Shown piece after piece: positions 14,459 to 25,584 of a stretch of DNA of 64,000 nucleotides (position 1 is the first letter of the stretch; each line of letters starts with the position of its first letter). Made by a program: the position numbers and the translations under genes. Under the pieces are notes generated by a model. It did no database searches, was not told where the DNA came from, and saw only the letters and a program-made list of their open reading frames with translations. The DNA is from Anaeramoeba ignava BMAN (Eukaryota; Protista; Anaeramoebae): the NCBI GenBank assembly GCA_028826165.1, contig JAPDFW010000131.1, positions 78,966 through 142,965 on the forward strand, in the 5' to 3' direction.

Positions 14459-16323
14459 ATGTTTGGAAATTTACAAACTCAATTTCCTCCAATTACAAAA
14501 TGGTGGACAATTTCAATTGTTGCTATAACTGTTTTAAGTTCTTTAGGAATTATTCAAGCAGCAAGTTTACTTTATTTTTTTCCTTTTGTTTGGTACAAAT
14601 TAGAAGTAATTTTTATAAATAAAACAAATTTAATTTAAACAATTTTAATTTAAATTTTTTTAATTTAATTTTAAAAGATTTGGAGAATTGTTACTTCATT
14701 TCTTTATCTTGGACCTCCTTCTTTTTCATTTTTAATGGGAATACTGTTTTTTTTTGCTTCTGTTGGAAGAGCTGAAACAATGTTTTTTGAATTATATGAT
14801 TTTGTTTATATGAGTATTATCTTTGCTGGTTTTTTACTTGTAAATAATCTTGAAACTTAAGATTGAATTTATTTTAAAATTTATAATTAAACTTATAATT
14901 AGATTTATAATTAAATTTATATCAAAATTTATAATTAAATTTATAATTATATTTATATCAAAATTTATATCAAAATTTATATCAAAATTTATATCAAAAT
15001 TTATATCAAAATTTATATCAAAATTTATATCAAAAATTATTTCAAAATTTATAATTAAACTTATATCAAAATTTATAATTAAATTTATAATTAAATTTAT
15101 AATAAAATTTATAATCAAACTTATATTTATATTTATAATAAAATTTATAATTATATTTATATTTAAATTTATATCAAAATTTATATTTATATTTATAATT
15201 ATATTTATAATTAAATTTATAATTATATTTATAATTAAAATTTATAATTAAATATATAATTAAATTTATAATTATATTTATAATTAAATTAATAATTATA
15301 TTTATAATTAAAATTTATAATTAAATTAATATCAAATTTATATTAAAATTTATAATTAAATTTATATTTATATTTATATCAAAATTTATAATTAAATTTA
15401 TAATTAAACTTATAATTAAATTTATAATTAAATTTATAATTAAATTTATAATTAAATTTATAATTAAATTTATAATTAAATTTATAATTAAATTTATAAT
15501 TAAATTTATAATTAAATTTATAATTAAAATTTATAATTAAATTTATATCAAAATTTATAATTAAACTTATATCAAAATTAATAATTAAATTTATATCAAA
15601 ATTTATAATTAAATTTATATCAAAATTTATATCAAAATTTATAATTAAATTTATAATTAAATTTATAATTAAATTTATATCAAAATTTATATCAAAATTT
15701 ATATCAAAATTTATATCAAAATTTATATCAAAATTTATATCAAAATTTATATCAAAATTTATATCAAAATTTATATCAAAATTTATATCAAAATTTATAT
15801 CAAAATTTATATCAAAATTTATATCAAAATTTATAATAAAATTTATATCAAAATTTATATCAAAATTTATATCAAAATTTATATCAAAATTTATATCAAA
15901 AATTATTTCAAAATTATTTCAAAATTTTAGTTTATTGCAAGCTTTATTCCTTTGGGAATTCTAGCACCAGGTTTTTCTTTTGCATGTCTTTATTATTATT
16001 GTAGAAAAAATCCAAATGGAGTACAATCAGTTTATGGAATATTTACAGTTCCAACAAAATATTTCCCTTGGATAAGTTTAGTTATTTCACTTTTAATGGG
16101 AGGATTACCTATAGTTCAATTTTTTGGTCTTTTAGTTGCACATTTTTATTTTGTTATGAAAACTTATTATCCAAATTATATTCAAACTCCTAATTTTTTA
16201 AAACAATTATTTCCTTCTAGAAATTTTAGAGTAAGAGAAGATAATTTAAGACAAAATATTCCTCAAAATGATCCATTTCCTTGGGGTCATGGTCAAAGAT
16301 TAGGAGAAAATTTTAATAATTGA
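14459..16323 (+). CDS. Derlin (Der1-like ERAD rhomboid pseudoprotease), 3 exons
   Basis: Exons 14459-14605, 14678-14839 and 15931-16323 join in frame via GT-AG introns. Motifs include 'PPITKWW', 'LE|[10 protein letters not shown]' (WR motif), 'YFPW', 'GLLVAHFY' and a C-terminal SHP-box-like 'WGHGQRLG'. Confidence 0.9.
14870..15920. repeat. Intronic 12-bp minisatellite (ATTTATATCAAA/ATTTATAATTAA)
   Basis: Fills Derlin intron 2. Confidence 0.9.
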
Positions 16324-16664
16324 ATAAAATAAAATAAAATAAAAAAAAAATGAAAGAAACTTGAACTAGCAAAAAAATATATTTTCTTTTTCTTTTTCTT
16401 TTTCTTTTTAAAATAAAGCAATATTAAAATGAATTTAATTTTTTTGTTTTTGTTTTTGTTTTTGATTTTTTTTTTTTGATGAATTAAAACAAAAAGAGAA
16501 ATTAATTTTTGGAAAAAATAAATGTTCCAAAAAAAAATTCCAAAAAAAAAAAATTATTTTCTTTTTTCTTCTTTTTTGAGATTTCAATAATTTAAAAAAT
16601 AAATTGAATTTGATTTTGAATCTTTTTTTATTCCATTTTTTTTTGCTTTTATTTTGTTTTTTTT

Positions 16665-17954
16665 TTAACAACATCCTGATTTATCTTTTTTTAATGTAGG
16701 TTCAATTATAATTTGATTTGGTTTTTTTTTTCCTGATTGAATTACTTTTCCATTTTTTTTATTAAGAAAATCTTCAGCAATTGTTAAAAATAATTCTTCA
16801 ACTTGAATTGATTTTTTAGCACTTGTTTCAAAAGTTTTTGCTTCAATTTCAGAACTAAATTCAGAGACTTCTTGAGCAGAAACTTGTCTTGTTTTTCCAT
16901 CCATAATTGCATCAACTTAATTTTAATTTTATAAATGAATTTTGATTTTATAAATGAATTTTAATTTTATAAATGAATTTTAATTTTATAAATGAATTTT
17001 AATTTTATAAATGAATTTTAGTTTTATAAATGAATTTTAATTTTATAAATGAATTTTAATTTTATAAATGAATTTTAATTTTATAAATGAATTTTAATTT
17101 TTTACGTTTTGTTCCAACAAGATAAATTGGACAATTTTTTTCATTTTCTCTAAGTTCATTTACCCAAAATCTTAATCTATCAAAAGTATCATGATTTGTC
17201 ATATCTAATTTAATTTTAATTTTAATTTTAATTTTGATTTTAATTTTAAATTTTATAAATGAATTTTAATTTTAATTTTAATTTTAATTTTAATTTTAAT
17301 TTTAATTTTAATTTTAATTTTAATTTTAAATTTAATATTAATTTTAATTATAATTTTAATATTGATTATAATTTTAATTTTAATTTTAATTTTAATTTTA
17401 ATTTTAATTTTAATTTTAATTTTAATTTTAATTTTAATTTTAATTTTAATTTTAATTTTAAATGAATTTTAATTTTAATTTTAATTTTAATTTTAATTTT
17501 AATTTTAATTTTAATTTTATAAATGAATTTTAATTTTAATTTTAATTTTAATTTTAATTTTAATTTTAATTTTAATTTTAATTTTAATTTTAAATTTAAT
17601 TTTAATTTAAAATAGGAATATGAAGAAAACTACCATAACAAACAATAGCAGCACCAGCACCTCTATAATACATTTTAGATAAACTTTCATACCTTTCAGA
17701 ACCAGCTGTATCCCAGATTCCTAAAGTTAATTTATTATCTTGAACAAAAACTGTTTTTGATCCAAATCCAGCAGCAACAGTCTTTATTATTTTTTTAAAT
17801 TAAAAATTAAAAATTAAAAATTTTGTTTTGTTTTTTTTTTTACTGGTTGTTGTCCTTCAGTAAATTTATCATAAAGAAATTTTTCAACTAAACAAGATTT
17901 TCCAACAAAAGATGCACCAAGTAAAACAATTTTTAAATCTGCTTTTTGAGCCAT
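16665..17954 (-). CDS. RAB24: Rab24-like small GTPase, 4 exons
   Basis: Spliced product: [22 protein letters not shown]...[32 protein letters not shown]|DMT...LRFWVNEL...IYLVGTK|LD...FETSAK...SGCC*. The '[12 protein letters not shown]' and 'GTK' variants are Rab24 signatures. All introns are GT-AG. Confidence 0.85.
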
Positions 17955-18159
17955 TTAAAAAAAAAATAATAAAAGATAAAAAAAGAAAAGAAAAAAATGA
18001 AAAAAAACCAAAAATTATTTTTTCTTTCAATTTTTTATTTATTTAAAAAAATTTTCATTTCAATTCCAAAAAAAAAAACAAAGATTCTTTCAAATTTCAT
18101 GTTATTAGAAATTATTTTATATTTCAAATTTTATATTTTAAATTTTAAATTTTAAATTA

Positions 18160-19320
18160 TTAGAAATTATTTTGGATTAATTCAATTCTTTCAACCATTT
18201 CTTTCCCTTCTTTCTCACTTCCTTCAATTAAATTCCCACTTGATTTTAAAATTCTTGATATGAAAATCAACTTCAAAATTAAAGTATTGGAATTATTTTG
18301 GATTTGTTCCAATTCAAATCCATCATTTTCATTTAAATATTTTTCATTATTTAAAATTTCATGAATTTCTTCTTGATAGAGAAAATTAGGATTATTCAAA
18401 TTAATTTTTTGAATCTCTTTCTGAATAAATTTAAAACGGAGAAATTTATCTTCAATTTTTTTCTCAGATTCATTAATTTTTTCTTGAATGTCTTGTGAAA
18501 GGATTTTTTCTTGATCAATTTCCTTTTGAATTTTTTCAAGATCTAATTTAAGTTGTTCAGAATCATCGATTTGATTTTTTGTTTTTGAATCTTCAAGTTC
18601 CAAAACTGATTTTGTTTTTGTCAACAAATCAATCAATTGTTTTTTCATATCTTGAACTTCTTGCAGGTTTTTTTCAATTGAGCTGTCATCCAAAGGTTGT
18701 GGAGTGACTGTTTTTTTCTTTAAAGATCCACCAGATAATCTTCTTGAAATTTTTTCTGTGTCTTGTTCTTGTGCAAATGTTTCATTTTTTTGCAGATGAT
18801 ATTGAGGTTTTCTGATTTCTTGTTTTTTACTAACTGAAAAAGATCTTTTTGATCTTTGATTTTTAATTGAATTTACCGGTGATTTTTTCACTTCATTTGT
18901 TGGCGATTTTGAAACTGGTTTAACTAAATCAAAATTTGCTTTTTTTTCTTTTGAATCCTTTACATTTTTCGATTTTTCTTTTGAATCTTTTAAATTTTTC
19001 GATTTTTCTTTTATATTTTCTGATTTTCTTGATTTTGTCGTTTTTGCTTTTCCTTTTGTTTTTTTTGCTTTTGATTGATTTTCTTCTTGGTTCAAAATTT
19101 TCAATTGACTTTTTCTATAAAACATTCCATGCATTGCTGGACATTCAAAATGTTTAATTCCTAAATTATCTCCTGAGCAATTTCCAACGGCTTCGTTTAA
19201 TTCAACTCCGATTAGATTCGATTGCATACTGTTTGCTGCCCCAATAAATCGTACAGTCCCAATGTTTCCTTTTCGATCTTCAACTATGCATCCAATTGTA
19301 AATTCTTTATTTTTTGACAT
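18160..19320 (-). CDS. CAP-Gly domain protein with basic linker and coiled coil
   Basis: 'GTVRFIG...IGVELNEAVGNCSG...HFECPAMHGMF' matches the CAP-Gly consensus. Confidence 0.85.
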   Translation of the reverse strand: MSKNKEFTIGCIVEDRKGNIGTVRFIGAANSMQSNLIGVELNEAVGNCSGDNLGIKHFECPAMHGMFYRKSQLKILNQEENQSKAKKTKGKAKTTKSRKSENIKEKSKNLKDSKEKSKNVKDSKEKKANFDLVKPVSKSPTNEVKKSPVNSIKNQRSKRSFSVSKKQEIRKPQYHLQKNETFAQEQDTEKISRRLSGGSLKKKTVTPQPLDDSSIEKNLQEVQDMKKQLIDLLTKTKSVLELEDSKTKNQIDDSEQLKLDLEKIQKEIDQEKILSQDIQEKINESEKKIEDKFLRFKFIQKEIQKINLNNPNFLYQEEIHEILNNEKYLNENDGFELEQIQNNSNTLILKLIFISRILKSSGNLIEGSEKEGKEMVERIELIQNNF

Positions 19321-19399
19321 TTTGAAAAAAAAAAATGAAAATGAAAAAAAAAATGAAAATTTTATTTTTTAAATTTTTTTTGATTTTTAAATAACAATT

Positions 19400-21095
19400 A
19401 ATTTAATATTTAATTTATATATTACTTTAAAAATATAATTTAATATTTAATTTTATTATTAAAATAATAATTTAATGTTTTAGATTAAAATATTTTATTA
19501 TTTAAATATTTAACATATAAATATAAAAAATAAGAATAGATTTAATTTAATATTTAATTTATAAATCAATTTAAAAATATAATTTAATATTTAATTTTAT
19601 GTTTAAAATAATAATTTAATGTTTTAGATTTAAATATTTTATTATTTAAATATTTAACATATAAATATAAAAAATGAGAACAGATTTAATTTAATATTTA
19701 ATTTATAAATTAATTTAAAAATATAATTTAATATTTAGTTTTATTATTAAAATAATAATTTAATGTTTTAGATTTAAATATTTTATTATTTAAATATTTA
19801 ACAAATAAATATAAAAATGAGAATAGGTTTAATTTAATATTTAATTTATAAATTAATTTAAAAATATAATTTAATATTTAATTTTATTATTAAAATAATA
19901 ATTTAATGTTTTAGATTTAAAATATTTTATTATTTAAATATTTAACATAAAAATATAAAAAATAAGAATAGATTTAATTTAATATTTAATTTATAAATTA
20001 ATTTAAAAATATAATTTAATATTTAATTTTATTATTAAAATAATAATTTAATGTTTTAGATTTAAATATTTTATTATTTAAATATTTAACATATAAATAT
20101 AAAAATAAGAATAGATTTAATTTAATATTTAATTTATAAATTAATTTTAAAAATATAATTTAATATTTAATTTTATTATTAAAATAGTAATTTAATGTTT
20201 TTAGATTTAAATATTTTATTATTTAAATATTTAACATATAAATATAAAAATGAGAATAGATTTAATTTAATATTCAATTTATAAATTAATTTAAAAATAT
20301 AATTTAATATTTAATTTTATGTTTAAAATAATAATTTATTGTTTTAGATTTAAATATTTTATTATTTAAATATTTAACATATAAATATAAAAATGAGAAT
20401 AGATTTAATTTAATATTTAATTTATAAATTAATTTATAAATATAATTTAATATTTAATTTTATTATTAAAATAGTAATTTAATGTTTTAGATTTAAATAT
20501 TTTATTATTTAAATATTTAACATATAAATATAAAAAATGAAAATAGATTTAATTTAATATTCAATTTATAAATTAATTTAAAAATATAATTTAATATTTA
20601 ATTTTATGTTTAAAATAATAATTTATTGTTTTAGATTTAAATATTTTATTATTTATTTAAATATTTAACATATAAATATAAAAATGAGAATAGATTTAAT
20701 TTAATATTTAATTTTATAAATTAATTTATAAATATAATTTAGTATTTAATTTTATGTTTAAAATAATAATTTATTGTTTTAGATTTAAATATTTTATTAT
20801 TTAAATATTTAACATATAAATATAAAAAATAAGAATAGATTTAATTTAATATTTAATTTATAAATCAATTTAAAAATATAATTTAATATTTAATTTTTTT
20901 ATTATTAAAATAATAATTTATTGTTTTAAATTTAAATATTTTATTATTTAAATATTTAACATAAAAATATAAAAATAAGAATAGATTTAATTTAATATTT
21001 AATTTATAAATTAATTTAAAAATATAATTTAATATTTAATTCTATTATTAAAATAATAATTTATTGTTTTAGATTTAAATATTTTATTATTTAAA
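19400..21095. repeat. ~144-bp AT-rich tandem satellite, ~12 copies
   Basis: The landmark GAATAGATTTAAT (with variants) recurs at ~19534, 19678, 19821, 19966, 20109, 20254, 20397, 20540, 20688, 20833 and 20979. Confidence 0.92.
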
Positions 21096-21134
21096 AATAT
21101 TTTGAAAATTGATTTTTGAAATTAAAATTTTATC

Positions 21135-21365
21135 TTTTTGAATTAAATTGAATTAATATTAATTTGGAAATTTGTTTTTAAATTTAAATTTATTAATAAT
21201 TTTAAATTCCAAAAATTAAATTAAAAATTAAATTAAAATAATTTTCCTTTTTGAATTAAATTGAATTAATATTAATTTGGAAATTTGTTTTTAAATTTAA
21301 ATTTATTAATAATTTTAAATTCCAAAAATTAAATTAAAAATTAAATTAAAATAATTTTCCTTTTT
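21135..21365. repeat. Two-copy ~114-bp direct repeat
   Basis: The block TTTTTGAATTAAATTGAATTAATATTAATTTGGAAA...AATAATTTTCCTTTTT occurs twice in tandem. Confidence 0.85.
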
Positions 21366-21578
21366 AATAAAAATTAATAAAAATAATAATAATTTATTAA
21401 TAAATTAATTTAAAATAATAAATTAAAAAGAAAATTAAATTAATTATTAATTTAAATTTATTCTCATTTTTATATTTTTATTTATTTTCAAAATCCACTT
21501 TTTATTCATTTTTAAATTTTTTTTCATTTTTTCCTTTTTAAAAACACAAAAACACAAAAACAAAAACACAAAAACAAA

Positions 21579-22299
21579 ATGGATAATAATAATAATAACC
21601 AAATTCAAAATGCAAATCAAAATGAAAATGAAAATGAAATGAAAAATTTAGAAAAAAAAGTAACAAAAAATTTAATTAAAAATTATTCAAACCTTTTAAA
21701 TGGAAATTCATTTAAAGATTTTTCAATTTTTGTTGAGAATAAATCAAATCCTTTTGAAATTAAAGTTCATAAATCAATTTTATCTTCAAGATCTCCTTTT
21801 TAATGAATCATTAAGGCAAGAATCTCTTTCTATTTTTAAACCAATTTAATAAAAAGAAATGGAATCAATTTTGAGTTATATTTATTATGGAAATATTTCT
21901 TTTGAGAATCAAGAAAATCTTATTCAATTATTAGAAATTTCAATTTATTTTAAATTAAATTTATTGAAAGAAATTATTCAAAAAAAAATTTTAAATTCAA
22001 TTAATTATTCAAATTTTTTCCAATTTTTATTCCAAAATCGAAATTTAAATTCAAATGAAATTGAAATAAAATGTTTTGAATTAATAAATCAAAATTTTTC
22101 CCAAATTCAAAATAATGAAAATTTATTCAATTTAACTAAAGAAGAAATTATCAAATTTATTCAATTTAAACAAGAAAAAAAAGAAATTTTTCAATTTGAT
22201 TTTTTTCAATTTTTAAATAATTGGATTGAAAAAAGAAATGAAAGATCAAAAAGAAAGAAAAAGAAAAAGAAAAAGAAAAAGAAAAAGGGAATTGATTGA
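21579..22299 (+). pseudogene. BTB/POZ(-BACK) domain gene, frameshifted and 3'-truncated
   Basis: ORFs 21579-21803 ('FKDFSIFVE...IKVHKSILSSRSPF') and 21859-22299 ('ILSYIYYG...LLEISIYFKL') are two halves of one BTB domain. Indels lie at T-runs near 21800 and 21835, so sequencing error is possible. Confidence 0.75.
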
Positions 22300-22439
22300 G
22301 AAAATGTGCATAAATTTGTGATAATAAAAGAAATATTTGATCTCTTTTCCAAAAATCAAATCATCTCTTTAATTAACTTGATTTAAGATAAAAGTTGAAA
22401 ATAGAAATTAATAATAAAGGAAAAACAGAATTTCTTAAT

Positions 22440-24120
22440 TAAATCCTTTTCTATGAAGATTTAATTAAATTATTGAAAAGAAAAGATTGATTTAAGATGA
22501 AAAATAAATTGAGAAGAAACAAAGTGTTTTTAATTAAATCCTTTTCTATGAAGAAGATTTGATTAAACTATTGAAAAGAAAAGAATTTTTGTGGGAAATT
22601 CTTTTATAAGAAAAAAAGAAATCTAAATAAGATTTAATTAAATTATTGAAAAGAAAAGATTGATTTAAGATGAAAAATAAATTGAGAAGAAACAAAGTGT
22701 TTTTATTTAAATCCTTTTCTATGAAGAAGATTTGATTAAATTATTTAAAAGAAAAGAATTTTTGTGGGAAATTCTTTTATAAGAAAAAAAGAAATCTAAA
22801 TAAGATTTAATTAAACTATTGAAAAGAAAAGATTGATTTAAGATAAAAAAGAAATTAAGAAGAAACAAAGTGCCTTTAATTAAATCCTTTTCTATGAAGA
22901 AGATTTGATTAAACTATTGGAAAGAAAAGATTGATTTTAGATGAAAATAAATTAAGAAGAAACAAAGTGTTTTTATTTAAATCCTTTTCTATGAAGAAGA
23001 TTTGATTAAACTATTGGAAAGAAAAGATTGATTTAAGATGAAAAATAAATTAAGAAGAAACAAAGTGTTTTTAATTGAATCCTTTTCTATGAAGAAGATT
23101 TGATTAAATTATTTAAAAGAAAAGAATTTTTGTGGGAAATTCTTTTATAAGAAAAAAAGAAATCTAAATAAGATTTGATTAAACTATTGAAAAGGAAAGA
23201 TTGATTTAAGATGAAAAATAAATTGAGAAGAAACAAAGTATTTTTAATTAAATCCTTTTCTATGAAGATTTGATTAAACTATTGAAAAGAAAAGATTGAT
23301 TTAAGATGAAAAATAAATTAAGAAGAAACAAATTAAAATAAGATTTAATTAAACTATTGAAAAGGAAAGATTGATTTAAGATGAAAAATAAATTGAGAAG
23401 AAACAAAGTATTTTTAATTAAATCCTTTTCTATGAAGAAGATTTGATTAAACTATTGAAAAGAAAAGATTGATTTAAGATGAAAAAGAAATTAAGAAGAA
23501 ACAAAGAAATCTAAATAAGATTTAATTAAATTATTGAAAAGAAAAGATTGATTTAAGATGAAAAAGAAATTGAGAAGAAACAAAATGCTTTTATTTAAAT
23601 CCTTTTCTATGAAGAAGATTTGATTAAATTATTTAAAAGAAAAGAATTTTTGTGGGAAATTCTTTTATAAGAAAAAAAGAAATCTAAATAAGATTTAATT
23701 AAACTATTGAAAAGGAAAGATTGATTTAAGATGAAAAAGAAATTGAGAAGAAACAAAGTATTTTTAATTAAATCCTTTTCTATGAAGAAGATTTGATTAA
23801 ACTATTGAAAAGAAAAGATTGATTTAAGATGAAAATTCTTTATAAGAAAAAAAGAAAATTAAAGAAGATTTAATTAAATTACTCAAAAGAAAAGATTGAT
23901 TTAAGATAAAAAAGAAATTAAGAAGAAACAAAGTGCCTTTAATTAAATCCTTTTCTATGAAGAAGATTTGATTAAACTATTGTAAAAGAAAAGAATTTTT
24001 GTGGGAAATTCTTTTATAAGAAAAAAAGAAATCTAAATAAGATTTAATTAAATTATTGAAAAGAAAAGATTGATTTAAGATGAAAAATAAATTGAGAAGA
24101 AACAAAGTGCTTTTATTAAA
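22440..24120. repeat. Modular tandem satellite (~95-250-bp units built from three modules)
   Basis: The module AATCCTTTTCTATGAAG(AAG)ATTT recurs 11 times, interleaved with ATTGATTTAAGATGAAAAA...GAAACAAAG and AATTTTTGTGGGAAATTCTTTTATAAG modules. Confidence 0.92.
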
Positions 24121-24204
24121 AAAAGAACTGAGAAGAAAAATGAAATTGATTAGAAAGAAAAGAAGAAAAGAAAAAGAAAGAAAAAGAAAAAGAAAAAGAA
24201 AAAC

Positions 24205-25308
24205 CTAATCAAGAATAGAAACTGAAACAATAGCAGTTCCAACAACTGAATCAGCACCGCCATAAAAAACCAAGAACTTATCATTACCAAGAGGCATTGC
24301 TCCTTCAAGAAAAACAACATTTGGCGTGAGACCCAAATAAGGATCCAAACCTTTTTCCCAAGCAAGGACTGGAGAAAGCAAAGGTTGTTGGCATCTTTGA
24401 AGAACATTAGTGGGATTTTCTTCATCCAAAATGGCCCAACCAACATTATATTCGAGATCATAACCGGGTTTAGGAGTGGGACCTACAACACGAGCAGAAT
24501 TATAAAGAAAAAGATAACTCCCATCGGATAGCTGAAGAGGATAAGGACCGGCTTCGACTAATTTACTGTCAAAAGAATCGGGTCGAATAGGGAAAAAAAC
24601 TGCCGGATTTAGGGACCAATTGAGAAGATTATCTGAAGTGGCAAATTGTAAACCGTTTACAATTGACGAGTCGCCAAAAAATAAATAATGTGGAGAATCG
24701 TAACCGTCGCGAATCAATAGCGATCCGGACTTGGATTCTGCCAACTGAGGAAAAAGAGCGCCATAGCGTTTCCACGAATCCTTTTTATAAGGTTCGGCAC
24801 TTGTGGCTAACGCAAGTCGCGGAAAAACCCCTGAACTATTCTGCTCTGCTGCAGTATATAACAAATAATACGTTGAATCCTTCTCACGAAAAACAACACG
24901 TGGATCTTCCACTCCATAATTATCTAACGGTCCACTTGGTGCTAATGTCACATCATCGTCTGTGATGTTGTTGAAGACGATGTTGTCAAAGTCGGTGATT
25001 AATCCGCCCCTTGCAGTTGTAAATGTCACCACGGATTGTTTCACTCCGTATTTTGTTCCTGATGTATTTTGGCTTCTTATCATTAAGGCATCCACTACTT
25101 TTTTTCCGTTTTGATATAACGGACAATAGGATGGATTGTAATTGTATGTGAAAATTGATTGTTGAAATTGAGAATTGAATAACGGAATTTCTTTATTAAC
25201 TCGTGTCAATGACACATTGTATTGTTTGCAATAAATTGTTTGAGTTAATGTCAAGATTATTATAACTTGACAAGAAAAAAAAAGCAAAAAATTTATTTTA
25301 AAATCCAT
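24205..25308 (-). CDS. Glycoside hydrolase family 130 (beta-mannosidase/phosphorylase-like five-bladed propeller) with signal peptide
   Basis: Motifs 'GVEDPRVV', 'SKSG', 'DSKLVEAGPYP', 'LLSP..AWEKG', 'PNVVFLEG', 'FYGGADS.VG'. Hydrophobic N-terminus. Intronless. Confidence 0.85.
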   Translation of the reverse strand: MDFKINFLLFFSCQVIIILTLTQTIYCKQYNVSLTRVNKEIPLFNSQFQQSIFTYNYNPSYCPLYQNGKKVVDALMIRSQNTSGTKYGVKQSVVTFTTARGGLITDFDNIVFNNITDDDVTLAPSGPLDNYGVEDPRVVFREKDSTYYLLYTAAEQNSSGVFPRLALATSAEPYKKDSWKRYGALFPQLAESKSGSLLIRDGYDSPHYLFFGDSSIVNGLQFATSDNLLNWSLNPAVFFPIRPDSFDSKLVEAGPYPLQLSDGSYLFLYNSARVVGPTPKPGYDLEYNVGWAILDEENPTNVLQRCQQPLLSPVLAWEKGLDPYLGLTPNVVFLEGAMPLGNDKFLVFYGGADSVVGTAIVSVSILD

Positions 25309-25584
25309 AAAGAAAAAAGGAATAGAAAATGAAAAAAAATGAAATTAAAAAAAAATTTTTTTAAATTAATTTAAAAGGAGAAAAATTAAATGCGAAAAAA
25401 TAAATAAAACGTTTTTTTTTAATTTTTTTATTTTTCATTTTTTTAATTTTTATTTTTTTTTTCTCAATTTAAATTTAATTTAAAATTTTAATTTAAATTT
25501 CAATTCAAATTCATTCTTCTTTTTATCAATTTTTTATTTTATTTTTTAATTTTTTAATTTTTTAATAAATAATATTTATTTACA

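Noticed and set aside
22440-24120. CRISPR-like repeat/spacer appearance
   Set aside because: The intervening segments are themselves repeated modules rather than unique spacers. There are no cas genes and the context is eukaryotic.
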